Below, piece by piece: positions 21,968-32,966 of a DNA stretch of 64,000 bases. Position 1 is the first letter of the stretch. Each line of letters begins with the position of its first letter. A program made the translations under genes and the position numbers. Source of the DNA: an uncultured cyanobacterium (lineage in GTDB: Bacteria > Cyanobacteriota > Cyanobacteriia > Cyanobacteriales > Cyanobacteriaceae); NCBI GenBank assembly GCA_963749915.1, contig CAVVOP010000022.1, positions 352,001 through 416,000 on the forward strand. The letters run 5' to 3'. The notes beneath the pieces were generated by a model. It was not told where the DNA came from. It saw only the letters and a list, made by a program, of their open reading frames with translations, and made no database searches.

Positions 21968-23335
21968 TTATTTGCTTATTACATCCCAGTTTTTGACGGC
22001 ATACTCTCCATAGGGACCCACTTCAAAGGACAAAGGGTTAAGCAGACCACGTTTTGCCCCTGTATTTGGATTAGTATATGCCGACGTATCGCTGATATTC
22101 TCAAAAGTATTGTTCTCGATAGTGGCAGCATAGCTTTCTCCGTCATGCATCAGAGGACGTGGATTTTCGGCAACATTCTCAATAATGTTGTCTTTGATTT
22201 CAATGGTATTAAAGTCGGACGAGGGATTAAATCTGAAGAAACCACCCTTTCGGGTCAGTGTGTTGGCTTTTACATGGTTGTTGTAAAAGTAAAATTGATT
22301 ATACACATCCTTGCTCCAGAAAAGCCCACGTCCTGGATTTCTGACTAGGTTATCGTGGAAAAGGGTCGGCCCTGGGGCTGATTTACCGCCGTGGTTAGTG
22401 ATCAAATTGCCGCCGTCATCTTCTGTCTTCAAATCAAAAAAATTGTGATCGATTTCTACTGCATTACGCGGTCCCTCAATAGAATAAGATTTATGAAGCC
22501 AATTATGATGAATATGATACGCCAAGCCTTCCTTGAGAACCAAACCCCCCTTCTGTTTGGGAATTGAAATTACGCCCGTAAAATTATTGTGATCGATTTC
22601 GATCCCTTGATCATTCTCAAAGGGAAACTCAAAAGAGAAGTTCACTTGCACATCGTTGTGGTGGAATCGCAGATTATTTCCCCCGCGACCTTTAAATCCA
22701 TAAAAATTTCTCCCACTGCGTGCTGATCGGTACATCTTATTGTTCCAAAACTCCGAATTATTAGTCCAGTTCATATATAGTGCACCACCTACCCACCGAT
22801 ATTTTCCTCCAGCATCGACAAACACATTGTCATGAACCTTGAAATTATTCATCCCAAAAGTTCGGATACTACTCCACAGAAAATCTTCAATGTGAAGATG
22901 GTGTAGCTCAACACCATCGGCTTTTTTTGCGTATATGGCACCATGAAGATTGCCAGCTGTGAGCTTCATGTTACCCAGTATTACATTCGTTGTCTTTTCT
23001 AAACGGAAAAGATAAGCTTTAGGATCATCTTTTTTGGGTAGATCATCGACACCAGGTTGCCATGTAGATGCTGCAGTGATAGTAGTCTGGTTCTCTCCCG
23101 CTCCGATAATCGACATTCCAGATTTGGGCATCAGTGGCTCTTTTAGTTTAAATGTGCCTGGTCCTACTAGCACTGTATCTCCATTGTTTCCGTTGTTGAC
23201 TGCAGCCACAAGACTAGCAACATCATTAATCTGGCGGGGATCATTCCCTTGAGGAAGAGTAATAAGAGTTGACAACACAAAAATCGCTATTGTAACTAGG
23301 AAAATAACTATTGGTATCTGTTTTTTGTAATTCAT
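21968..23335 (-). CDS. Exported right-handed parallel beta-helix (pectin-lyase-like fold) protein
   Basis: N-terminal hydrophobic anchor/signal; GDTVLVGPGTF; repeated xIHHNx/xDHNx coils. Confidence 0.75.
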   Translation of the reverse strand: MNYKKQIPIVIFLVTIAIFVLSTLITLPQGNDPRQINDVASLVAAVNNGNNGDTVLVGPGTFKLKEPLMPKSGMSIIGAGENQTTITAASTWQPGVDDLPKKDDPKAYLFRLEKTTNVILGNMKLTAGNLHGAIYAKKADGVELHHLHIEDFLWSSIRTFGMNNFKVHDNVFVDAGGKYRWVGGALYMNWTNNSEFWNNKMYRSARSGRNFYGFKGRGGNNLRFHHNDVQVNFSFEFPFENDQGIEIDHNNFTGVISIPKQKGGLVLKEGLAYHIHHNWLHKSYSIEGPRNAVEIDHNFFDLKTEDDGGNLITNHGGKSAPGPTLFHDNLVRNPGRGLFWSKDVYNQFYFYNNHVKANTLTRKGGFFRFNPSSDFNTIEIKDNIIENVAENPRPLMHDGESYAATIENNTFENISDTSAYTNPNTGAKRGLLNPLSFEVGPYGEYAVKNWDVISK

Positions 23336-23381
23336 AAGGCTTCCCGATCACTTTGATGGAAACTAAGACTAATTAACACAA

Positions 23382-24788
23382 TCATAAGCTTTCTGCGGGT
23401 TTGATCTGCTCTTCTTGCCAACCTAAGCCAAGCAAGCAAGCTACTGTAAGCATATGACCTGGCTCCTCCATCTGAGTCAAGATAAACCCAAAGCTAGCAG
23501 TGGAAAGCAGGAGAAATTTACCAAAGTCATCCACGCAAATTCTTCGCCACACAATGAAACATAAATATAAGTAGGCTCCTAAGCCGAAGATCCCTTCATC
23601 TCCCCAGAAACCAACCCACGTAAACATAGGGAAGTATATTGTTGATTCTTGCGGCAGGTAAGTAGTGTTTATCACCTGCCAAAAATCAGACGATGCCGGA
23701 TGAGTAGTTGCTCCCAGAGGCGCGAGCATGTCTTTGTAGCTTTCTATTAACCATCCTCCTAAGCGAGTTGCAGTATGGCCAGGTCCTAAACCAAACAGCC
23801 AATTTAAAGGAGTCTCATAATAGGAAGGAATAATACGAAAGGCAGCAAACTTAGTTTGGGCTGCTAGCCCATCCCATCCCCAAATTGGTCTATTAATCCA
23901 GTTCTGATAAGGTCCTAAAAACTCCCAGTCTAAATTTAATAGTGCCCAACTAAAGCCAAGAACGCCTACGAACCCAAGAGAGCCATATAAGAACAATCTC
24001 AAAGGTTGTTGCACTTTAGTTGCGACCATCAATCCCCAACCTGCAGCTAGTGCTAAAAACACTTGCTTTGAGTCAGAAACCTGTATTTGATATAAGGCCC
24101 CCAATAAAGGGATGATTCGAATCCACAAAGATAAATGTTTGAAGCGGTTGAAAAAATACAATGCGATGTAAAATGACACCGTGCAAGAAACATAGTTAGC
24201 AGCGCTTCCTCCTCCACCTCCAAAAACGCCAGTTATATTGTCTGCTAGAGTACCTCCGGCCGGCTTGGGATAGATTCCAATAGGTAAAAGAATTGATTGG
24301 GCGATGGCAAGCAATAAGTTAAATAAAGCAAAACCGAATAGCCAATACTGAAATGTCCTCAATTTTTCCTGGGAGAAAGGAATTGAAACTATTGCAGCTA
24401 AGAGCATAAATGGCTCTATTTGAAAAATAAATTGTAAAAAAAGATTGATGATTCCTGCCTGATTCTGCAATGTACTCACAACCATGCAACCAAGAAAAAA
24501 AAGTATGCCGGCTACTAAGGTCCAAACAATTCTAATTGCTTTTCCGTTGGTGGTTTTAGTTGTCAGGATTGCTATTAAAAAAACAATAGGAACAATCCCA
24601 AAATGAACAAAGTTGATGACTGATGGTGCTCCAAAAGAGGACAAAAGTCGAGGGAAAAAAGCTGTGGCAAATCCCATTAGAATAAGCTTCGAGTTTCTGA
24701 TTATGCCAGCTTTTTTAATTTGCCTGTTTTGTGTAATAGTCTCTAGTCTGCTTGTCATGATTAACGTTTGCTTATCAGTTCTGGTCAA
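23382..24788 (-). CDS. Polytopic membrane protein, Wzy/O-antigen-ligase-like
   Basis: About 11 TM helices, large late loop ending FGLGPG, position in a glycan cluster. Confidence 0.6.
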   Translation of the reverse strand: MTRTDKQTLIMTSRLETITQNRQIKKAGIIRNSKLILMGFATAFFPRLLSSFGAPSVINFVHFGIVPIVFLIAILTTKTTNGKAIRIVWTLVAGILFFLGCMVVSTLQNQAGIINLFLQFIFQIEPFMLLAAIVSIPFSQEKLRTFQYWLFGFALFNLLLAIAQSILLPIGIYPKPAGGTLADNITGVFGGGGGSAANYVSCTVSFYIALYFFNRFKHLSLWIRIIPLLGALYQIQVSDSKQVFLALAAGWGLMVATKVQQPLRLFLYGSLGFVGVLGFSWALLNLDWEFLGPYQNWINRPIWGWDGLAAQTKFAAFRIIPSYYETPLNWLFGLGPGHTATRLGGWLIESYKDMLAPLGATTHPASSDFWQVINTTYLPQESTIYFPMFTWVGFWGDEGIFGLGAYLYLCFIVWRRICVDDFGKFLLLSTASFGFILTQMEEPGHMLTVACLLGLGWQEEQIKPAESL

Positions 24789-24942
24789 GGAGATAATTCA
24801 GATGAAATTGACTCGTTGATTGTTATATAATGGGTTCAATAAGTTCTGGAGCACCGATCCACTACCACGAAGTTTGTACATTCCAGCCGATAATCCATGA
24901 AAATAAAGGAGCTGAAACATCGAGCTTTGGTTGAGAATCATT

Positions 24943-26001
24943 CTACCGGACCGATGTTCTACGGCAGGTGAAACAATCACTCAACCGCTTTTCATTGGGT
25001 AAGGAATTGCATCCATAGATAGTGTCTAAACCAAATTCTTCTAAGATTTTTAGTCCATTATCTATTTGTTGAGTAGATAAATCATCTTTCCACACATCAA
25101 GGGGGCTTTGAGCTGATAAGGTGCTGAATTTATTACCCTGAGTTCGAGAAGGCTTACAAATGATCTTTATGAGTTCTTGATCAAGCTCTGTAAAATCGCC
25201 ATCATACAAATAACTAAATAATCGAAAAAGCTCTTCTTTCGGATTACAAAAGAGATTTTCATAAAATACAATATATAAATCACCTTGGTTTAACTGTTGA
25301 AACGGAACATAGTGGATAATAGACCAAATTAGTATCTGATTTTCGATAAAATTATCCTTTGCATGACTAATTAAATGCTCAAACGGTGCTAAATAATCAT
25401 GCATCAAAAGATTCTGCTCCAGAAATTCCTTGGCATCTCTCATCCAGATCCAATCTGAATTTCGCTTTTTAGAAAGTGCAACAGAAAATGGATTTCTAAT
25501 GATCATAATCTTTTTTACCTTGGGGATATTCTGATGTACCCACTCAATCAAAAGATTCCCATAAATATCCTTAACTAACAATCCTTGGTAGAATAGCTGG
25601 GGCTTGCTAGTATCAGCCCTAAGATGTTTAAATTTGCCACTAAATACCGAGTGCAAAAACTCGCCCACAGGAGAATTGTGATCATCAGCCCTTAGATAAG
25701 GATTAAAACCAAATTTTCTTGTCTGCTTCACATGTACCGGATGAATGCACTCAAAAAGCTCTCTGTATCTTTGATCCCAATTTATGAGGTCACCTAACCA
25801 AGTTGTACCGCTTCTACCATCACCCACAACCCAGATGACATCCTCATAATTTCCTAAGTAATAATTAAGACTTGCTGCAGGGAACCTCGCAAGCCGCTTA
25901 AACAATTTTTCTCGCTGACGTTTAGAATTAATTAGTCTTTTTAGATTCCTCATTGTCAAGATGCCTTGAGGTTGGATAGTTTCAGATTGCTGGTTTTTCA
26001 C
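24943..26001 (-). CDS. Sulfotransferase
   Basis: 5'-PSB GDGRSGTTW; 3'-PB IIRNPFSVALS; YENL. Confidence 0.85.
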   Translation of the reverse strand: MKNQQSETIQPQGILTMRNLKRLINSKRQREKLFKRLARFPAASLNYYLGNYEDVIWVVGDGRSGTTWLGDLINWDQRYRELFECIHPVHVKQTRKFGFNPYLRADDHNSPVGEFLHSVFSGKFKHLRADTSKPQLFYQGLLVKDIYGNLLIEWVHQNIPKVKKIMIIRNPFSVALSKKRNSDWIWMRDAKEFLEQNLLMHDYLAPFEHLISHAKDNFIENQILIWSIIHYVPFQQLNQGDLYIVFYENLFCNPKEELFRLFSYLYDGDFTELDQELIKIICKPSRTQGNKFSTLSAQSPLDVWKDDLSTQQIDNGLKILEEFGLDTIYGCNSLPNEKRLSDCFTCRRTSVR

Positions 26002-26050
26002 GATCTATATTTAATTTATTTGATTGACTAGCTTGTTCAAGTTAAGGCAA

Positions 26051-27328
26051 TTATGACGTTTCCAAGGGGTTGCGGTCTAAGGAATCTGACGATGTGGTCG
26101 AGCTAGGTATCTGATTTATACCTGTGGCATTTTTAGCTTTGATACGCTCAATGACCTCAAGGAAAGCATTCACTTCACAATACAGGTCTTGTTCGCCAAA
26201 AACTTCCCTAGAGCGATGGCTATACCTTTGGCGTGTTTGGGTATCAGCCATTTCCAAGATCGCCTCCACTAAGGCGTCGGGTTTACCACAGGGATAAACC
26301 AGGCCATTGTAGCGATGGCGTACAGTATCGCTATAACCCCAGTTACCACAACGATCGCTTAAAATTGGTGGTGTCCCCGATACCATGGCTTCCGAGACCA
26401 CCAAGGGATGGGGATCAATCCATGAGGTAACGGTAAACACATCCAAGGCTGCAAAATAGAGAGGAATCTTCGATTGATTGACAAAGCCATAGTTGATGAC
26501 TTCACCATGGTTTAATTGAGCGATGTGCTCATTAATTGCATCATTTAAATCTCCACCACCAAACAAGACTCCACGAATGCGGGGGTCACGCTGGTGAGCC
26601 TTAGAGATCCCCTCAATGAACTCGAAGGGATTTTTACGCTCGATATATTTTCCCATGAACCCGTACAGGATCGTGTTTTCATCCCAAGCTAGTTCCTGAC
26701 GAATTTTGCTGATTTCCTCAGGGAAAGCCGCAATAGTTTGTTTAAAGCGATCGCCATCTACTGGATGACAGCCCCGCACAATCTTGTCATCCCTGACTCC
26801 GTAGTGTCGCAAATGGACTTCATTATGGTCACCACAGGATAGCCAATAATCCGCTAAATTATTCATCCAAGGATAAAGCACCGCCATAGCAATTAATCGT
26901 AACCGACCATAGCGAGCATCAGACATGATGCTGGCATCATTTTGCATAATTAGGGGAACACCGCGTAATTTGCATAACATAGCAGTCAATCGATAGGAGT
27001 AATTGACAAAACTTTGCATAAAAATGGCATCAAAGTTCTCTTTTGTCAGGCGGCTAATCAATGCTGGACTAATAACGCTTTTCTTTTGTTGTGATGGAAC
27101 CGTTCCCGAGAGATCCTTTAGATACTCATAATCATAACCGCTGGTCAAATCAACGTCCCAAGGTTGGGAACTATTACCGAGAAGGCGATCGCCGCTTGCC
27201 TGATTTTCGTTGCACAGATAAAGTACTTTTAAGGAAAGACCCTTTTGTTCGCTCAGTTTTCTCCAAAGAGGTCCGTGATGTTGAGTGGGATGGGTAAAAA
27301 CAACTCCTAACCGAAATTTTTTATTCAT
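26051..27328 (-). CDS. GT4-family glycosyltransferase
   Basis: THPTQHH, GKYIERK, GFVNQ, PLVVSEAM. Confidence 0.88.
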   Translation of the reverse strand: MNKKFRLGVVFTHPTQHHGPLWRKLSEQKGLSLKVLYLCNENQASGDRLLGNSSQPWDVDLTSGYDYEYLKDLSGTVPSQQKKSVISPALISRLTKENFDAIFMQSFVNYSYRLTAMLCKLRGVPLIMQNDASIMSDARYGRLRLIAMAVLYPWMNNLADYWLSCGDHNEVHLRHYGVRDDKIVRGCHPVDGDRFKQTIAAFPEEISKIRQELAWDENTILYGFMGKYIERKNPFEFIEGISKAHQRDPRIRGVLFGGGDLNDAINEHIAQLNHGEVINYGFVNQSKIPLYFAALDVFTVTSWIDPHPLVVSEAMVSGTPPILSDRCGNWGYSDTVRHRYNGLVYPCGKPDALVEAILEMADTQTRQRYSHRSREVFGEQDLYCEVNAFLEVIERIKAKNATGINQIPSSTTSSDSLDRNPLETS

Positions 27329-27416
27329 AATTTATTTTAAAACCTTATGTATATTAATACTTTTATACTCATTCCTCTTCAAAAAAAGTCAAAATAAATA
27401 TTTATAATATCAATGT

Positions 27417-28535
27417 TTAATTTAAAACCTCCTCATAAACATGGGCAACATGCTCTGCTGTATTTTCCCAAGTAAATTGCTTGACTCGTTCTAAACCTTT
27501 GCGAACAAGTTCCTTACGTTCCCAGGGACGAGCGTATAATTGCTGAATTGCCTTAGCAATGCCCTCCACATCCAATGGATCTGTCAAAATTGCCGCATTT
27601 CCTGCTACTTCTGGCAAGGAGCTAACATTGGTTGTAATCACCGCCGTTCCACAGGCCATTGCTTCTAGAACAGTTAAGCCAAATCCTTCATATAGTGAGG
27701 GAACCAGTAACACGTCGGCTGCGTTGTAAATTTTGACTAATGTTTCTTCATCCGGTTGACCTAAATAAGTAACACAGGACTCCAAATGATGCTCTTTAAT
27801 GAAGATTTTTTGTTCACCACTAAAGTCATCTCCAGCTTTCCAAAACACAACCGGTAAACCTTGACTATTTAAAACTGCCAAAGCTTTTAAGGCGGTGATA
27901 ATATTTTTACGGGCATTGTTAGAACCCACATTCAATAAGCACAATTTGTCCTCTGACAATCCTTGCTTGCACCGAAAGTCATTGATACTGTCCTGAGGAA
28001 GTTGACGAAATATGGGGTCAACGCCGTTATGAACCACCGTAATGTTCTGGTCAGGTATAGCCAGATGATTAATGGTATCTTTTTTCGTATGGGATGAAAC
28101 CGCAATAATGCGGTCAGATTTGGTCATCCCCTGAATCGCTATTTTCCAAGCAGTCATACTAACGAGGGGAAAACTTGCTTGCCCCTGAAATGTTTCGGGT
28201 CTAATGATATTGATTAAGTCATGGCAAGTGGTCACACTAGGCCTGTGATCGCGTTTCAACCAATAATTAAGATAACCATCACTGTGGTCAATCACATGGA
28301 AAATATCTGCCTCCAGGTTTTTTAGGGTGCGAGGGTAGTGCCAATACCGTTCATAGTATTTCTGTCCCCCCGCAAGCAAATCCGATTGTCTCGTGCTAGC
28401 TACCGCCAGAGTAGGGGAACGCTCAATAATTTCCCAATCAGGTCGAACAACTTTTAATCCTCTAATTAAACTGTTAGCGTACACATCCATACTAAAAGAT
28501 GCATTAGGTGCCCTACGTAAGATTACAACACGCAT
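27417..28535 (-). CDS. GT4-family glycosyltransferase (mannosyltransferase-like)
   Basis: PSLYEGFGLTVLEAMACG, SSLPEVAG. Confidence 0.92.
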   Translation of the reverse strand: MRVVILRRAPNASFSMDVYANSLIRGLKVVRPDWEIIERSPTLAVASTRQSDLLAGGQKYYERYWHYPRTLKNLEADIFHVIDHSDGYLNYWLKRDHRPSVTTCHDLINIIRPETFQGQASFPLVSMTAWKIAIQGMTKSDRIIAVSSHTKKDTINHLAIPDQNITVVHNGVDPIFRQLPQDSINDFRCKQGLSEDKLCLLNVGSNNARKNIITALKALAVLNSQGLPVVFWKAGDDFSGEQKIFIKEHHLESCVTYLGQPDEETLVKIYNAADVLLVPSLYEGFGLTVLEAMACGTAVITTNVSSLPEVAGNAAILTDPLDVEGIAKAIQQLYARPWERKELVRKGLERVKQFTWENTAEHVAHVYEEVLN

Positions 28536-28571
28536 AAAATTAAATTATTATCACAAATTTCAAAAATTATT

Positions 28572-29630
28572 CTAACTTAATAAAGCACGTAAACGATTCA
28601 GTGTAGTATCCACCAATCTAGGACGCAGGTGTGGTGCATAAAGCCAGGTGATCCCCAACCTTGCTAGGGGTACTGGCATTAAACCAACCCACAAAAACCA
28701 CAAGGTGTAAATTAGTCTCTTGGGCAGATTGTAGCTGGAAAATTTCCAGACATTGGTTAATCCCCAGCCCATGAGTTGCAACATATTATCGCTAGGAACA
28801 GGGTGAGCCTGAGGCTCCAACCTCAGAGAGGCTAGGCGTGACCAAATACGACCGATAGATCGCCTTTCCAAATCGTCAGACACCTCAAGGTTAAATTCTT
28901 GAGCACGTTGCTGCAATAGTGCAAAGTTTTGGAGATCGTGGTTAACAAACCGTCGAAATCGGCTCCCGGAAACAGCGCTCAAGGCCCACTGGTTACTAGT
29001 GTGGACGCGATAAGCAGCCATGGGTTCATCAATACTGGCGATTTTTCCGGCGTAGAATGGTGTTGAAATCATCAAGTAATCATCACCCGTTGTTTTGTAC
29101 TCTTCAGGGATGGGAAACACAGGAGTTAGGGTTTCTCTACGATAGGCATTGCCACTCATAGGAGAACTGGCATAGCTGCTGGTCTGTAAAAGTTCGCGCC
29201 ACACCTCTCCCGAAGACAGTTTGATGCCAACCGAAGGAATAAAATAGCCCAATGGCTTATTTTCCCCATCCACAACCTGTAGGCGATAATGGACTTTGCC
29301 AATGTCTGGTTGAAATTTTGCCATAATTTTTTCCACTGCATTGGGTAACAGATAATCGTCAGCATCCAGGAATAAAATGATTTCTCCCTTACTGGCGGCA
29401 AAGCCGGTATTCAAGGCAGCGGATTGTTTACCATTTTCTTGAAAAATGGGAGTAATGCGATCGCCGTATTTAGAAATAACTTCATCAGAATTGTCAGTGG
29501 AACCGTCGTCAACAACAATAACTTCTATTGCCCCATAATTCTGATTTAAGGCACTATCTATGGCTGCGGGCAAAAACTGAGCATAATTATAATTATTGAT
29601 GATTATGCTGACGAAATTATTATTTTTCAT
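28572..29630 (-). CDS. GT2-family glycosyltransferase
   Basis: VSIIINNYNY, VDDGSTD, FLDADD. Confidence 0.93.
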   Translation of the reverse strand: MKNNNFVSIIINNYNYAQFLPAAIDSALNQNYGAIEVIVVDDGSTDNSDEVISKYGDRITPIFQENGKQSAALNTGFAASKGEIILFLDADDYLLPNAVEKIMAKFQPDIGKVHYRLQVVDGENKPLGYFIPSVGIKLSSGEVWRELLQTSSYASSPMSGNAYRRETLTPVFPIPEEYKTTGDDYLMISTPFYAGKIASIDEPMAAYRVHTSNQWALSAVSGSRFRRFVNHDLQNFALLQQRAQEFNLEVSDDLERRSIGRIWSRLASLRLEPQAHPVPSDNMLQLMGWGLTNVWKFSSYNLPKRLIYTLWFLWVGLMPVPLARLGITWLYAPHLRPRLVDTTLNRLRALLS

Positions 29631-29717
29631 AACCTTATTTAACTTTCCTCATCGGCCTGTTAACATTTTCAGGGGTAATAATATTGATTAGTCAATCACT
29701 CTTTAAGCCTTTTTTTA

Positions 29718-29820
29718 AGCTTAGAGGATTTTTTTTGAAAATGGCTAGTTTTTCTTGTATTTTACATAATCTTTACAAATGCCTAAACTTGACAGAATGC
29801 TTATATAAAACCTTTACAGC
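29718..29820 (-). promoter_or_regulatory. Conserved ~100-bp upstream element, copy 1
   Basis: Aligns by eye with 38503-38595 and 50885-50987; each lies upstream of a minus-strand gene block. Confidence 0.6.
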
Positions 29821-29832
29821 AACTTGATAAAT

Positions 29833-30753
29833 TTATCTGCTCGCTTTATTTATACTGACCCAGTTCCCAGAAATTTCAAAAGCAGGAGAGTAACCGTATT
29901 TTTCGATAATAAACTTCTCTCGCTTTGCAATTAAATCACTAGTTTCTCTGTCGTAGTAATATCCAACATCCCTAACACGAGAGGAAGAGTTACTTTGGGA
30001 ATTCGAGTCTTTAAACAGAGGAGGCTTAAAGGAACGAATATCAGCCCGTAACTCAGGGGTATCCTTAAAATTCAATTTTTCTAGGATTCGGATTAGATCC
30101 CTTTCGAGATTTTCAACTTTTATAATTTCATTGAGAATATTATTTTTCGAGTCAAAGACCTGAAGTTTATCTATATTGTCAATGTCGTCCTCAAAGAGAG
30201 CCAAAAATTCGCGGGAAAAAAGACTTAAATAATAATAAGTGTAAATCCCAGCAAACGAACTCACTGGGCTAAATGCATATCCGTCACCAAAACAATATTT
30301 ACGATTTGAATCGACATCAAGTATTAAAGACAGCCATTCTCGAAATAAATGCGGATCTCTAGCATCTGAATATAATCTTTTCCAGTCATTCACCGGCTTC
30401 ATTATATTCTCAATTAAAAACAGAAGAAAAATATCAAGAGGAATGTTTTTATAATCTCCTAATAATCCATTTCCTTTCAGCTTTCGAGATGTTAACCGCT
30501 CAAAGAGAATTCCTTTGGAATCGCAACCAAAAGCCCACATAGAAACGTACCAGTCCCAGGGGTTTCGTATCGAACCAACAATCATCTTGTTTTGGTTCTC
30601 CCAGTGGCGAGGTAAGCGATTATGCTTGCCATCAAGTTTTCCACCCACTAGATACTTAAGCAAATTTCTGATGTGACTGCAGGCAGTTTTTGGCAGCTCA
30701 AGATACAATAGTTTGTCTGAAATCAGCATGTAGTCCTCCAATATTGTGTTCAA
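29833..30753 (-). CDS. Sulfotransferase family 2-like protein
   Basis: ELPKTACS, IRNPWDWYVS, ENL..D, YY..ET..LI. Confidence 0.72.
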   Translation of the reverse strand: MNTILEDYMLISDKLLYLELPKTACSHIRNLLKYLVGGKLDGKHNRLPRHWENQNKMIVGSIRNPWDWYVSMWAFGCDSKGILFERLTSRKLKGNGLLGDYKNIPLDIFLLFLIENIMKPVNDWKRLYSDARDPHLFREWLSLILDVDSNRKYCFGDGYAFSPVSSFAGIYTYYYLSLFSREFLALFEDDIDNIDKLQVFDSKNNILNEIIKVENLERDLIRILEKLNFKDTPELRADIRSFKPPLFKDSNSQSNSSSRVRDVGYYYDRETSDLIAKREKFIIEKYGYSPAFEISGNWVSINKASR

Positions 30754-31895
30754 GATAAATCCTTCAGAAGCTTCTTAATTTCTCCAGCAGACACATCCCA
30801 ATTTAGGCGCTCCTCATATTCCTTTAAAGAAAACAAGGCCAAATCTTTGTAATTTGAATAATTGGAGAATAAACTCGCAATATAAGTGCAATATTGAGTA
30901 ATGTCAGCATTAACTCGAAACTTCATCCCATTAATGTTATCCCTAATCACTGTAGGAATGCCACCAACATCCGTAGTTAGACAGGGTACTCCCAGGGAAT
31001 TAGCTTCACAGAGAACGATGGGAGTGCAATCGGCCAGAGAGGGGAGTAAAAGAAAATGAGATTCGGCAATTAATTGGGCAATTCTGGTTTGGCCTTCCTC
31101 GGTATACTTACTAATAAAGCCTAGGGGTTTCACAAAATCCGGTAGTGTTTCCTCTGTCAAAGGTTGACAACCAACAATATTTAATTCTGTGTTCAGGCCT
31201 GCTTTGTTTAACTCTTGGGCAAGCTTAAGAGCAACATCACCCCCTTTCCGATACCATTCAACCCCCAGAAAAAGTAGCTTACACTGATTAGAAGGTCTAG
31301 ACTCGATGAGACTTTTAACTTTATCAACACTGTAATTATGCTGTAAATTTGCTCCGAATGAAACCACCTTAACTTTGGACTTGTCAGCCCCATAATAGTT
31401 AATGGCACTCTGTGCTGCCCAATGTGATGAGTAGATTGCTAACCGGGATTTCTCCAGAGCGAGTTGTTCCATACGGTGCCAATTTTCTACTGTTTCTTGG
31501 CAAAGATTGCTGTATGCAGGGTAAAAATCGGCGATATTTGCAAAAGTCGCGTCCGCCCAAAATACAATTGGCTGTTCACAATCAAGATAGGCAATGGGGT
31601 TCGTAGTGGCACTGAAAACAATATCTGCTCGGGAATTTGAGAGTTTATGAGCTACTTCCTGAGCAAATCCTCTTAATATGTAAGGCTCGGAATCTTTCAT
31701 ATATTTCTTGCCTGAAATCTCATGGTAATGTCTTTTTAACTTTCTCACGAGTCTATATGTCAATTTATCTTGCAAAGGACCAAGATAGTCAAGCTCAATT
31801 GACTGATTCTTCAGGGACTCTGCGATGAAATACCCAGTCCCTGACCATTGTTTAACATCATGGGCATCATACTCAGTAACATAAGCCAGTTTCAT
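30750..31895 (-). CDS. GT4-family glycosyltransferase
   Basis: WSGT, W.RKGGD, ADCTPIVLCEANSLG; paralogue of 61278-62414. Confidence 0.9.
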   Translation of the reverse strand: MKLAYVTEYDAHDVKQWSGTGYFIAESLKNQSIELDYLGPLQDKLTYRLVRKLKRHYHEISGKKYMKDSEPYILRGFAQEVAHKLSNSRADIVFSATTNPIAYLDCEQPIVFWADATFANIADFYPAYSNLCQETVENWHRMEQLALEKSRLAIYSSHWAAQSAINYYGADKSKVKVVSFGANLQHNYSVDKVKSLIESRPSNQCKLLFLGVEWYRKGGDVALKLAQELNKAGLNTELNIVGCQPLTEETLPDFVKPLGFISKYTEEGQTRIAQLIAESHFLLLPSLADCTPIVLCEANSLGVPCLTTDVGGIPTVIRDNINGMKFRVNADITQYCTYIASLFSNYSNYKDLALFSLKEYEERLNWDVSAGEIKKLLKDLS

Positions 31896-31949
31896 AAAAA
31901 ATTTTTAGCCTCTAAAAGTAAATTTATAAATAAATCTGGTCATGAATTT

Positions 31950-32873
31950 CTACCATCTCCGGGACTCTCCCCCCAGTGTTAGACGAATTCTTTCCCAGGC
32001 ACTCACATATCTTACAAATAACATTGCCAAGATAAATTGAAATTTTTGTTTAGGGATAATTAAGCGTTCATCAGACCATATTTGGAAAAAACTGCGGAAA
32101 GGTGGAGTCAAGGCTAAAACCAAATCTTTTGTGAGAAACTTTAGTTTATCCTGGAAGGATGCTCCCACTTTCCGACGATCATGAAGTCCACCGTTAATGC
32201 GGGTAACTCTTTTATAAAGTTGACTCCAAGAATACCTAGCTGGATGTTTTATGCAAGCACCTTCAGCATAAGCCTGTTGATAACCAGCCTCAAATACCCG
32301 ATTTCCCCATTCCTTATCCCCGCCTGATTTGAGATTGGTGTTAAAAGTCCCAATTTTATCAACAACACTTCGATAGGTAAAAAGGTTAGCGGTTACCCCA
32401 AAATGTTCAGTTTCTAAAAGTCTATCTTGAGGAAAATCTAACTCAATGCTTTCATAAACTTCAACGGTGGTAAGTTGTTTGGCATCCTTAAAAAATAGTT
32501 CTATTTTACCAGCCACAAGACCGCAATTAGACGTACTCAATAGCTTATCAACCCCTGCTTCAATCCAACTAGGTTCAGGAAGACAATCAGCATCAGTGAA
32601 AGCAAGAATTTCACCTTTAGCATGATCTATGCCCTTGTTACGGGCGGCGTAGGAACCAGGAGTTTCTTCAACATATATGGAAACGTTACAACCTGAGAAA
32701 ACTATGTCCTTAAGATCTTCATCTGAACCATTATCAACAACAATGATTTCATATAATTCTGGCCAATAGCTTTGCTTACTGAGAGCTTCTAAACAAAGCT
32801 CAAGCCTAGCTTTGTCATTGTAGACAGGGATTATAACTGATACAAATGGTTTTTTTGGGTTATCATTATTCAT
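31950..32873 (-). CDS. GT2-family glycosyltransferase
   Basis: VSVIIPVYN, VDNGS, GSYAARNKG, FTDADC. Confidence 0.93.
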   Translation of the reverse strand: MNNDNPKKPFVSVIIPVYNDKARLELCLEALSKQSYWPELYEIIVVDNGSDEDLKDIVFSGCNVSIYVEETPGSYAARNKGIDHAKGEILAFTDADCLPEPSWIEAGVDKLLSTSNCGLVAGKIELFFKDAKQLTTVEVYESIELDFPQDRLLETEHFGVTANLFTYRSVVDKIGTFNTNLKSGGDKEWGNRVFEAGYQQAYAEGACIKHPARYSWSQLYKRVTRINGGLHDRRKVGASFQDKLKFLTKDLVLALTPPFRSFFQIWSDERLIIPKQKFQFILAMLFVRYVSAWERIRLTLGGESRRW

Positions 32874-32966
32874 ACAGTATAGTTACAATTAAATATAGTT
32901 TTCAATTAGATTTGTAAGCGAACTACCCCCGACAAATCCTCAGCTTTTAAGAACAGGACTAAATTT